DNA of 17,423 bases, taken from an uncultured Deinococcales bacterium (GTDB lineage: Bacteria > Deinococcota > Deinococci > Deinococcales > JAAFIG01). Location: the NCBI GenBank assembly GCA_964244895.1, contig CAXTKV010000108.1, forward strand, positions 1-17,423. Reading direction: 5' to 3'. This document shows, in pieces, positions 8,795-17,423 of the stretch (position 1 is the stretch's first letter; each line of letters starts with the position of its first letter). The notes below the pieces were generated by a model that had not been told where the DNA came from, did no database searches, and saw only the letters and a list, made by a program, of their open reading frames with translations. A program made the position numbers and the translations under genes.

Positions 8795-9247
8795 GTGGCC
8801 GAATTTACCGTGCGCGTCGGTGCGCCCTCAGACGCGAAATTGATCGCTCCCATCCTGGCGGAATTGTTGGGTCGTCCCAGACTGGACGATGGCATCATCG
8901 AATCCTTGAACACGAACATGCTGCGCCTGCTGCAATCTCCTGGCGCGACGCTGCTGGTGGCGCAGGGCGACGACGGGCGCGTGCTGGGATTCGCGTCGTT
9001 GTGGACGCGTTGGGGCTTGCTGGACGACAAGCCTTCGGGGTTGGTGGATCGCGTCGTGGTGCGTCCCAGCCATCGAGACACCGCCGTCTCGAGCGCGCTG
9101 CTGGAGCAAGCCCTGGGCGCGTGTCAGGCGATGGGTTGCGGTTCGGTGGAACTGGTGCTGACCCCGGAATCGACCGTCGATAGGGGCGCGTTGGATGGTT
9201 TCGGGTTTCACGAGGTCGGCAAGAGGTTCTTCGCCGAAGTGATGTGA
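8795..9247 (+). CDS. GNAT family N-acetyltransferase
   Basis: TLLVAQ..GRVLGFA, VDRVVVRPSHR...VSSALL, GCGSVEL, FGF. GTG 8795 lies 7 nt after the -10 box TATACT. Confidence 0.75.
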   Translation: MAEFTVRVGAPSDAKLIAPILAELLGRPRLDDGIIESLNTNMLRLLQSPGATLLVAQGDDGRVLGFASLWTRWGLLDDKPSGLVDRVVVRPSHRDTAVSSALLEQALGACQAMGCGSVELVLTPESTVDRGALDGFGFHEVGKRFFAEVM

Positions 9248-9383
9248 GGGCGCGGTCGACGGTCAGGGATCAGGGGTCAATTCGACATCCCGATCTTTGC
9301 CAATCGCGCCTCCAGCGAACGCGGGTCGCAGCGGTTCGGTTCTGGCGGGCTCGAGACGCTGGCTCCAGCTCGAGCCCTGAACC

Positions 9384-9719
9384 GTGACACGGCGTTTCAC
9401 GGTTCAGGGCACGAACGAGCCCTTCACCTGCGCGCACTGCGGCGTGCTCGTCCCGCCCCTGCTGAACGGGTCGGTGCGGAACCACTGCCCCGCGTGCCTG
9501 TGGAGCCTTCACGTGGACGAATTTCCCGGCGACCGCGCCAGCGATTGCGGCGGCTCGCTCGAGCCGGTCGGCGTGGAGCATTCGGGCAAGAAGGGTTGGG
9601 TGATCGTTCACCGTTGCCAGTCTTGCGGTGCGACGCGCAAGAACAAGGCGGCGCTGGACGATCCGGTCATGCCGGACAATTTTGATCTGATCGTGCAGCT
9701 CTCCAGTTTCAAAAAGTAA
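9384..9719 (+). CDS. RNHCP domain-containing protein (putative zinc-binding)
   Basis: FTCAHCG, RNHCPACLWSLHVD..PGDRASDCGG, HRCQSCG. Confidence 0.9.
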   Translation: MTRRFTVQGTNEPFTCAHCGVLVPPLLNGSVRNHCPACLWSLHVDEFPGDRASDCGGSLEPVGVEHSGKKGWVIVHRCQSCGATRKNKAALDDPVMPDNFDLIVQLSSFKK

Positions 9720-9773
9720 TTCTCGAGAACACCGTGTGGGACGGTGTTCTCGAGAATGCGTCCAGGACGGTGC
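9719..9773. repeat. Palindromic intergenic repeats filling the gap between convergent genes; likely bidirectional terminator
   Basis: ATTCTCGAGAACACCGT-GTGGG-ACGGTGTTCTCGAGAAT (9719-9757, 17-bp arms), then GCGTCCAGGACGGTGC (9758-9773). Confidence 0.9.
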
Positions 9774-10181
9774 TCAGGCCTTCGGCGGTTCCACGACGTA
9801 GACGGTATCGCCGTACAGGTCGCGGAAGGTCATGTCGCGGCCCCAGGGCATCTGGTTGATCTCCCGGATAATCACTGAGCCGTGTTCCTCGAGGCGTTTG
9901 TGCAGGTCATCCAGGTCGTCGGTCGAGAGGATCAGTTGGGCTTGCTTGCCGATCTGAGAAAGCGCGAATTCGCGGGCTTCTGGGGTTTCCATCCAGGCGG
10001 TGGGGTTGTACAGCACGAGCTCGAAGTTCTTCTGGTTCGGCAGGCAGATGGTCAGCCAGCGCCTTCCTGGCCCCATCGAGTTGTCGGTGTGAAGCTCGAA
10101 GCCCAGCACGTCGCGGTAGTACGCGAGGGCTTCGTCTTCGTTGCGGACGTAACGGGTGACGTGCGTGACGGCGGTGATCAT
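9774..10181 (-). CDS. VOC/glyoxalase/bleomycin-resistance family protein
   Basis: MITAVTHVTRYVRNEDEALAYYRDVLGF, RWLT, MPWGRDMTFRDLYG. SD AGGAGG. Confidence 0.88.
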   Translation of the reverse strand: MITAVTHVTRYVRNEDEALAYYRDVLGFELHTDNSMGPGRRWLTICLPNQKNFELVLYNPTAWMETPEAREFALSQIGKQAQLILSTDDLDDLHKRLEEHGSVIIREINQMPWGRDMTFRDLYGDTVYVVEPPKA

Positions 10182-10233
10182 GGTCGTTCCTCCTGGTGGA
10201 TTGTGATGCTCAATTCTATCCGAAGTTCCAGGT

Positions 10234-10262
10234 TTGACGCAATAAGCAGGTTTAATTATGCT
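10234..10262 (+). promoter_or_regulatory. Sigma70-type promoter TTGACG-17-TATGCT
   Basis: TTGACG 10234-10239, 17-nt spacer, TATGCT 10257-10262. Back-to-back with a minus-strand -10 TAGAAT (10213-10218) for the VOC gene. Confidence 0.55.
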
Positions 10263-10382
10263 CCCGACAGATCAGTTTCAGGTCAGCATTTCCAGCATCA
10301 CCCAGCAATCTCGGACTGCTGACCGGAGCGATTTCCCGGCGCGAACGAGCCTTCCCAGCCGCACCCTGTTAGAATCCATCTC

Positions 10383-10892
10383 ATGCAGACGCTCGCAAAC
10401 GGAAGCCTCGCGCCAGAATTCACGGCGACGGACCTCGACGGCAACACGCTGGATCTCAAGACCGCGCTGGCGGCAGCGCCCACCATCGTGACCTTCGCGC
10501 ACCCGTTGGTCAACGCCTCCAGGCTGGTCGTGGGGTACTTGCGGCGCATGAAAGACATCGCGCCCAGCGTGCCCGTCTGGGTGATCTCGGAGGGCACGGA
10601 GGCCGAAACCCGCAAGTACGTCGGCGAGGGCGACGCGAAATACCTCGAGATGCCCGTCGTGCAGGACAACTGCGCGGTCGCCAGCCTGTACGCCACCACT
10701 TACCTGCCGACCACATACCTGATCGGGCAGGACGGCAAGATCATCCGGGGCTACACCGGTTTCAACCGGGATTTCCTGAACCTGATCGCCGACCAGGCCG
10801 CCACCTTGACGGGCGGCAAACCCAAAGAATTGATCGCGGACGGCGACAACAAGGGCTTCTACGAACTGGCCGAACGCGGCCCGTGCAAGTGA
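10383..10892 (+). CDS. AhpC/TSA-TlpA-like thioredoxin-fold protein lacking the CxxC motif
   Basis: GSLAPEFTATDLDG, VASLY...LPTTYLIGQDGKI. -10 box TAGAAT 7 nt before the ATG. Confidence 0.8.
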   Translation: MQTLANGSLAPEFTATDLDGNTLDLKTALAAAPTIVTFAHPLVNASRLVVGYLRRMKDIAPSVPVWVISEGTEAETRKYVGEGDAKYLEMPVVQDNCAVASLYATTYLPTTYLIGQDGKIIRGYTGFNRDFLNLIADQAATLTGGKPKELIADGDNKGFYELAERGPCK

Positions 10893-11066
10893 ATGCTCGG
10901 CGGTATTCTGGGTGGCTTACTGATCGTTTCCGGCATCGCGGTGCTGGCCTTGCTGCGTTTCGTCAGGATTGAATCTCAACGGCGCGTGCTGATGATCGCC
11001 GCCGGATTTGACCTTCTGGTGGGTGTTCTGGCGGTCGGCCTGGGAATGACTGGGGTTCTGCGATAA
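10893..11066 (+). CDS. Small 57-aa two-helix membrane protein (absent from the ORF track)
   Basis: MLGGILGGLLIVSGIAVLALLRFVRIESQRRVLMIAAGFDLLVGVLAVGLGMTGVLR*. The ATG directly abuts the upstream TGA, and the ORF fills the gap up to the next repeat. Confidence 0.7.
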   Translation: MLGGILGGLLIVSGIAVLALLRFVRIESQRRVLMIAAGFDLLVGVLAVGLGMTGVLR

Positions 11067-11082
11067 AAGCTTGAACCGTGGG

Positions 11083-11140
11083 AACACCGTCCCAGACGGT
11101 GTTTTCTTGCTTCAAAGAAAGCCGTGCCGAACGGTGTTCT
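11083..11140. repeat. Palindromic intergenic repeats (two units)
   Basis: AACACCGTC-CCA-GACGGTGTT (11083-11103); AGAAAGCCGTGCCGAACGGTGTTCT (11116-11140). Confidence 0.85.
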
Positions 11141-11172
11141 CTCGAGTCGAGACCCGAGCGCTAGACTCGAGC

Positions 11173-11775
11173 ATGGTCGTGTCGTGGCTGCTCACTGCGT
11201 TCGTGGTCTTCCAGCTCGGCATTCGCGCGTGGTTGCGCATCCGACCGCAAGCCATCCCTTACGGCTGGACGTGGTTGCTCGAGAACCCGTGGCGCAGGCG
11301 CTACCGCGACCCGGAACGAACCGTTTCCACCTATGGCATCGCGCCTTCGGACGCGGTGCTCGAGATCGGCGCGGGTTCGGGATTGTTCTCAAAGGCGCTC
11401 GCCGCGTCGTGCGCGCGCTTGATCGTCTCGGACATCGAAGCGCGCTACCTCGAGGACGCGAAGGCCAAAACCGAGGGCTCACGGAACGTCGAGTTCATCG
11501 TCGCGGATGCGTGCGCGCTGCCGTTGCCGGACGCGAGCGTCAATCTGGTCGTGATGATCAGCGTCCTGCCGGAGATTCCCACACCGACGCTCGCCCTGCG
11601 CGAGGCCGCGCGCGTCCTGAAGTCCGGCGGTCGGATCATCGTCAGCCAGGAACTGTTCGAGCCGGAGTACGTCCTGCCCGCCACCACGGATGCCTGGGCC
11701 GCCCGAGCGGGTCTCAGGGTGATCAGCAAAACCGGCGATTGGTGGATCTACACGCACCAGTACGCAGCGCGCTGA
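11173..11775 (+). CDS. Class I SAM-dependent methyltransferase with N-terminal hydrophobic anchor
   Basis: VLEIGAGSGLF, ADACALPLPDASVNLV, ALREAARVLKSGGRI. ATG 11173 lies 5 nt after TAGACT. Confidence 0.85.
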   Translation: MVVSWLLTAFVVFQLGIRAWLRIRPQAIPYGWTWLLENPWRRRYRDPERTVSTYGIAPSDAVLEIGAGSGLFSKALAASCARLIVSDIEARYLEDAKAKTEGSRNVEFIVADACALPLPDASVNLVVMISVLPEIPTPTLALREAARVLKSGGRIIVSQELFEPEYVLPATTDAWAARAGLRVISKTGDWWIYTHQYAAR

Positions 11776-11782
11776 TGCGCCG

Positions 11783-11832
11783 AAAACACCGTCCGGGACG
11801 CGCGATTTAATTCGCGTGCTGAACGGTCTTCT
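11783..11832. repeat. Palindromic intergenic repeat (inverted doublet, degenerate right arm)
   Basis: AAAACACCGTCCGGGACGCG ... CGCGTGCTGAACGGTCTTCT, 7 nt after the stop codon. Confidence 0.75.
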
Positions 11833-12012
11833 CGAGCAAGCGCCATGAATCGGGCTCGAGATTCACAGGCTGCACGGTTCTCTCTGGCGCAACGAGACGG
11901 TCTGCGGCGCGAAATCCGCGTCCGAGCGCGCGAGCCTGAGCGCGCCGGACGGCTTTCGTGTACACTCTGCCCTCGAATAGCGGCCCTGAAATCGGTCGCG
12001 GGAGTTGTTTTC

Positions 12013-13626
12013 ATGCAAAAGGTCGCCATCGTCGGACGCCCCAACGTGGGCAAATCGAGCCTCTTCAACCGCCTGATCGGCAAACGCGCCGCCGTCGTGG
12101 CGGACGAACCGGGCGTCACGCGCGATGTCAAAGAATCCGTGATGCTCTACGAAAACCACCGGATGCTGTTGATGGACACGGGCGGTTTGTGGTCCGGCGA
12201 CGAGTGGGAAACCAAGATTCTGGAAAAGGCAGAAATGGCGATCGAGGATTGCGAGGTCGTGATCTTCACCGTGGATGCGCGCACGGAACTGAGCAGCGCC
12301 GACCAGGAGATCGCGGCCTGGTTGCGGCGGCTCGGCAAACCGGTCGTGCTGGCGGCCACCAAGATCGATACCACCAAGCAAGAGGCGCTCTTGCCGGAAC
12401 TCTACGCGCTGGGTTTCGGCGATCCGATGCCGACCAGCGCCGAGCACGGTCGCGGCCTGGACGAACTGATGGATCGCGTGCTGGAACTGCTGCCCGAGGA
12501 CACCGAGGACATCACGACCATCCAGCCGATCCGGGTCGCGCTGATCGGTCGCCCGAACGTCGGCAAATCCAGCCTGCTGAACGCCATCACGGGCTCTGAG
12601 CGCGTGATCGTGTCCGAAATCGCGGGCACCACCCGAGACGCCATCGACATCGAGTTCGCTTTCGCGGGCAGGCGTGTCGGGCTGGTGGACACGGCGTGCA
12701 TCCGGCGGAAACCGAAAGACCACATCGAGTTCTTCAGCCAGCAGCGCTCGGAGCGCGCGATTCACGAATCGGACGTGATCTTGCTGGTGATCGACCCGTT
12801 TGAACTGGGCGATCACGAGATCAAACTGGCCAACATGGCCTACGAGGCGGGCAAACCCGTGATCATCGTGGTCAACAAGTGGGATCTGGTGACGGATGAC
12901 GAACTGAAGGCCAAAACCCGCGAGATCGACGAGAAACTGCACCACCTCGAGTTCGCGCCGCGCACGTACACCAGCGCCATCAACGATTACGGCATCCACG
13001 ATCTGCTGGCCGAAGCCACCAAGCTCTACACGCTCTGGCAGACGCGCGTGCCGACCGGCGATCTGAACCGTTGGCTCGAGGTCTGGCAGATGCGTCAGGC
13101 CGTGCCGAACTTCAAGGGCCGACCGTTGAAGATGTACTACATGACGCAGGCGGAGATTGCGCCGCCGACCTTCGTGATTTTCTGCAACCGCAAGGATTTC
13201 ATCACGCGCGCTTACGAAGGTTTCCTGAAGAACCGCATCCGCGAGGACTTGGGGTTGCAGGGCATCCCGGTGCGGTTGGTCTACCGCGAGAAAGGGCCGT
13301 ACAAGACCCGTTCCGACCGCGACCGCGAGGCGCACGAAGCGATGGATCAGGATGACGCGCCGCGATCCGAACGCGCCACCGCTCGAGCCGAGAAAACCGG
13401 GGCGCTCAAGGCCGGGCCTGAAAAAGCCAGCGCGGTGAAGACGGGTTCCGAAAAAGTCAGTGCGGTGAAGGCCGGGACAGTGAAGACTGGAACTGCGAAG
13501 GCCGGAGCTGCGAAAGCTCGAGCCACCACTGGAGCCGCGAAAACAGCGACCAGAAAGCCCGCGAGCTCGAAATCTGGTTCCTCGAGAAGCAAACGCACCG
13601 CCAGCCCGACCCGCACACGGCGCTGA
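12013..13626 (+). CDS. der: Ribosome biogenesis GTPase Der (EngA) with a basic low-complexity C-terminal extension
   Basis: Two G domains (GRPNVGKS twice, GVTRD/GTTRD, DTGG, NKWD) and a KH-like domain (PPTFVIF, LKNRIRE). SD GGGAG. Confidence 0.95.
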   Translation: MQKVAIVGRPNVGKSSLFNRLIGKRAAVVADEPGVTRDVKESVMLYENHRMLLMDTGGLWSGDEWETKILEKAEMAIEDCEVVIFTVDARTELSSADQEIAAWLRRLGKPVVLAATKIDTTKQEALLPELYALGFGDPMPTSAEHGRGLDELMDRVLELLPEDTEDITTIQPIRVALIGRPNVGKSSLLNAITGSERVIVSEIAGTTRDAIDIEFAFAGRRVGLVDTACIRRKPKDHIEFFSQQRSERAIHESDVILLVIDPFELGDHEIKLANMAYEAGKPVIIVVNKWDLVTDDELKAKTREIDEKLHHLEFAPRTYTSAINDYGIHDLLAEATKLYTLWQTRVPTGDLNRWLEVWQMRQAVPNFKGRPLKMYYMTQAEIAPPTFVIFCNRKDFITRAYEGFLKNRIREDLGLQGIPVRLVYREKGPYKTRSDRDREAHEAMDQDDAPRSERATARAEKTGALKAGPEKASAVKTGSEKVSAVKAGTVKTGTAKAGAAKARATTGAAKTATRKPASSKSGSSRSKRTASPTRTRR

Positions 13627-13650
13627 TCTGAACCGAGTTGATATCAGGGG

Positions 13651-13694
13651 ACACCGTCCAGCACGCATGTTCAATCTCGCGTGCTGGACGGTGT
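13651..13694. repeat. Palindromic intergenic repeat (perfect 16-bp inverted doublet) followed by a T-tract; probable der terminator
   Basis: ACACCGTCCAGCACGC (13651-13666), 12-nt loop, GCGTGCTGGACGGTGT (13679-13694), then TTTT. Confidence 0.85.
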
Positions 13695-13728
13695 TTTTAA
13701 ATTCCAGTCCGATCATTCTCAACTCATA

Positions 13729-13749
13729 CTTGAGTCCGATCCGCTCACA
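13729..13749. promoter_or_regulatory. Possible HAIR (HspR operator)
   Basis: CTTGAGT-CCGATCC-GCTCACA versus consensus CTTGAGT-N7-ACTCAAG: left half perfect, right half 4/7. Confidence 0.45.
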
Positions 13750-13765
13750 TCTCCTTCCAAGCCCC

Positions 13766-13795
13766 TTGACTGAATCCTGAAAGTGTCCATATACT
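13766..13795 (+). promoter_or_regulatory. groESL sigma70-type promoter
   Basis: TTGACT (13766-13771), 18-nt spacer, TATACT (13790-13795). Confidence 0.7.
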
Positions 13796-13805
13796 CTTCG
13801 ACGGA

Positions 13806-13832
13806 TTGGCACTCGCAACGTTCGAGTGCTAA
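13806..13832. promoter_or_regulatory. CIRCE element (HrcA operator)
   Basis: TTGGCACTC-GCAACGTTC-GAGTGCTAA; one mismatch to TTAGCACTC-N9-GAGTGCTAA. Confidence 0.92.
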
Positions 13833-13863
13833 TGAGCCACTCAGAAGTTCAAAGGAGGATCGC

Positions 13864-14169
13864 ATGGCCGCAACCGCAGTCAAGGTCAAGCCCCTGGGCG
13901 ACCGCATCGTGATCGAAGTCATCGAGGAATCAGAGCAGAAGACCGCCAGCGGCCTGTACGTGCCCGACACCGCCAAGGAGAAATCCCAGCGCGGCAAGGT
14001 CATCGCCATCGGCAGCGGCAAGACGCTCGACAACGGCACCAAGCTCGCACTCGAGGTCAAGGTCGGCGACACCGTCTACTTCGCCAAGTACGGCGGCACG
14101 GAAGTCAGCCTGGAGGGCAAGGATTACACGATCCTCTCCGAGCGCGACATCCTCGCGGTGATCGGTTAA
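13864..14169 (+). CDS. groES: Co-chaperonin GroES
   Basis: [59 protein letters not shown] before ATG 13864. Confidence 0.97.
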   Translation: MAATAVKVKPLGDRIVIEVIEESEQKTASGLYVPDTAKEKSQRGKVIAIGSGKTLDNGTKLALEVKVGDTVYFAKYGGTEVSLEGKDYTILSERDILAVIG

Positions 14170-15937
<1,768 letters not shown>

Positions 15938-15995
15938 ACCCCGGCGCAAGCGGGTTCATCCCGCTTCCGGAGTGAGGGCTCGAGCACTCGAGTCG

Positions 15996-16028
15996 AACGA
16001 GGTTGGGATTTTCCCAACCTCGTTTTTT
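15996..16028 (+). terminator. Rho-independent terminator of groESL
   Basis: AACGAGGTTGGGA-TTT-TCCCAACCTCGTT followed by TTTT. Confidence 0.9.
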
Positions 16029-16099
16029 GATGTCTCCAATTCGAGCCGCATCCGCACCCGACGCACCCTGAGACAGTCTCGCAATGCGATTGCACCGTC

Positions 16100-16156
16100 A
16101 CATCGTCCCAGACGCATCGTCAGATGCTCAAATTAGGCGTCCTGGACGGTGTTCTC
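16100..16156. repeat. Palindromic intergenic repeat (inverted doublet)
   Basis: ACATCGTCCCAGACGC (16100-16115) ... GCGTCCTGGACGGTGTTCTC (16137-16156). Confidence 0.8.
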
Positions 16157-16251
16157 GGGACGCGAAAGCCAGAACACTCGAAGCCCACCAAACCATTCGT
16201 TTGTGTCGCGCCTGACCCACACCGCGCCCGGAAACGGTATCCTGCCCGCAC

Positions 16252-17049
16252 ATGAACCCGCGCTTCGCGCCCGCCACGCGCCTCGTCTGGACACCCGGCG
16301 TGCTGGGCTCGCTCGAGACCATCGCCCGTCACGGTTTTCATTCCAGCGAAGTCTGGGCGCAGCACCTCTGGGAAAGCGAAATCAGCCCGGAACGGGTCGC
16401 GCAACGCGCCCGAGAACTCGGGTTGACCCTCAGTTTGCACGCGCCCAGCTACGACCTCAATCCGCTCTCCAGCAACCCGGAAGTGCGCGCCGTCTCGCGG
16501 CGTCAGGTGCTCGAATCCCTCGAGACCGCCGCGACTATTCTCGCAAAAATGGTGGTGGTTCATCCCGGCGCGCTGTCATCGACCACCGACAACCCCGAAG
16601 AATACTGGGCCAGGCTCGAGGAATACGCCGTCCTCCTGAACCAACGCGCGACCGAGTTGGGTTTGCGCGTCGGCATCGAAGCGATGGAAAAAAAGCGCCT
16701 TCAGTTCGTGACCGACCTGGACGCGCTGGATCGGCTGGCGGGCATCCTCGAGAACAACCACCTCGAGCGCACCGGCATCGCGCTGGACGTAGCCCACGCC
16801 GCGACCATCGGCGATCCGCTGGAATTCATCCAACGCGCACCGCGCATCGTTCACGCGCACCTCTCGGATTCCAGTCCGTCCAAGACGCACGCGCTGATGG
16901 GCGAGGGCAACCTGAACCTGACCGCGATCATCCCCGCGTTGCTGGAACGCTTGCAGCACGCGCCCGGATTGATCGCCATCGAAGGACGGCACGCGCCCGA
17001 CGAGGAACACGCGCTCGAGCAGGCGCGGATTGTTCTCGAGAAGTATTAA
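16252..17049 (+). CDS. Sugar phosphate isomerase/epimerase (xylose isomerase-like/AP endonuclease 2 TIM barrel)
   Basis: SLHAP..DLNPLS, VVVHPG, IEAM, LDVAHA, HAHLSD, H...GEGNL, IE metal ligands. Confidence 0.85.
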   Translation: MNPRFAPATRLVWTPGVLGSLETIARHGFHSSEVWAQHLWESEISPERVAQRARELGLTLSLHAPSYDLNPLSSNPEVRAVSRRQVLESLETAATILAKMVVVHPGALSSTTDNPEEYWARLEEYAVLLNQRATELGLRVGIEAMEKKRLQFVTDLDALDRLAGILENNHLERTGIALDVAHAATIGDPLEFIQRAPRIVHAHLSDSSPSKTHALMGEGNLNLTAIIPALLERLQHAPGLIAIEGRHAPDEEHALEQARIVLEKY

Positions 17050-17122
17050 GCACCTCAGATAGCTCAGATATCTTCGGCAGGAGCATCGTTCTACACGGTG
17101 TATTGGTTGTCTCGACAGTGGG

Positions 17123-17389
17123 ATGTACAATCTGACGGTCGAGACAGCGCACACGTTCTTCGTGGGTGAGGGACGGTGGTTGGTACACAACGCTTCCTGC
17201 GTGATAAAATTCCAACCTCTTGGAGGAGTTGTTGACGATGCTGCTACCAAAGGCTTCCACATAAACAGCAACATCGGCGAACTCACTGTTACGTCTATTC
17301 GGAATGAAGATGGATCTTTCAGATTTCTAGTTACCCCTGCAGGTACTTTCGATGAATCAGCATCTTTGGGTAGCAAGATCACTGGTTAG
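17123..17389 (+). pseudogene. Orphan polymorphic-toxin tip: C-terminal block of a pre-toxin Hint domain plus a putative toxin fragment
   Basis: MYNLTVETAHTFFVGEGRWLVHN matches the intein/Hint F-G blocks. There is an in-frame stop at 17060-17062 and no Hint N-terminal half upstream. GC falls to about 45% after the HN motif. Confidence 0.75.
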
Positions 17390-17423
17390 GTTACCAATGC
17401 AATTTGTGCATCTTACGCTAAAG

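Noticed and set aside
11863..13818. 651-aa ORF antisense to der
   Set aside because: Same antisense shadow effect; der is unambiguous on the + strand.
13783..13863. Longer N-termini offered by the ORF track (groES 13783; also 580, 3005, 5292, 6295, 6356, 8714, 11071, 11845)
   Set aside because: The extensions run through promoters, repeats or neighbouring genes; SD or leaderless signals support the downstream starts.
17123..17191. Self-splicing intein in a host gene
   Set aside because: No N-terminal splicing block or N-extein, and an in-frame stop at 17060-17062. The context fits a pre-toxin Hint remnant.

Overview
GC-rich (roughly 65%) bacterial chromosomal segment, most likely Deinococcota (Deinococcales-like). 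This placement is inferred from the protein sequences and from many leaderless TANNNT -10 boxes sitting directly ahead of start codons. Gene order: 3' end of a Pro-linker/beta-barrel envelope protein, universal stress protein, yvcK-rapZ (-), glucose-1-P thymidylyltransferase (-), a degenerate PlsY-like protein (-), two tandem cupredoxin lipoproteins, YtcJ-like amidohydrolase, GNAT, RNHCP-domain protein, VOC protein (-), a redoxin lacking CxxC plus an unannotated 57-aa membrane protein, SAM methyltransferase, der with a Lys/Ala repeat tail, groES-groEL, a TIM-barrel isomerase, and a low-GC orphan Hint-toxin tip at the right edge. Two window-wide signals are not explained by the genes. First, a family of palindromic intergenic repeats (core ACACCGTCC-N-GGACGGTGT) occurs as REP/REPIN-like singlets and inverted doublets at about 10 loci, mostly right after stop codons. 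Second, the palindrome CTCGAG is strongly over-represented (74 copies by hand count, versus about 6 expected from base composition).
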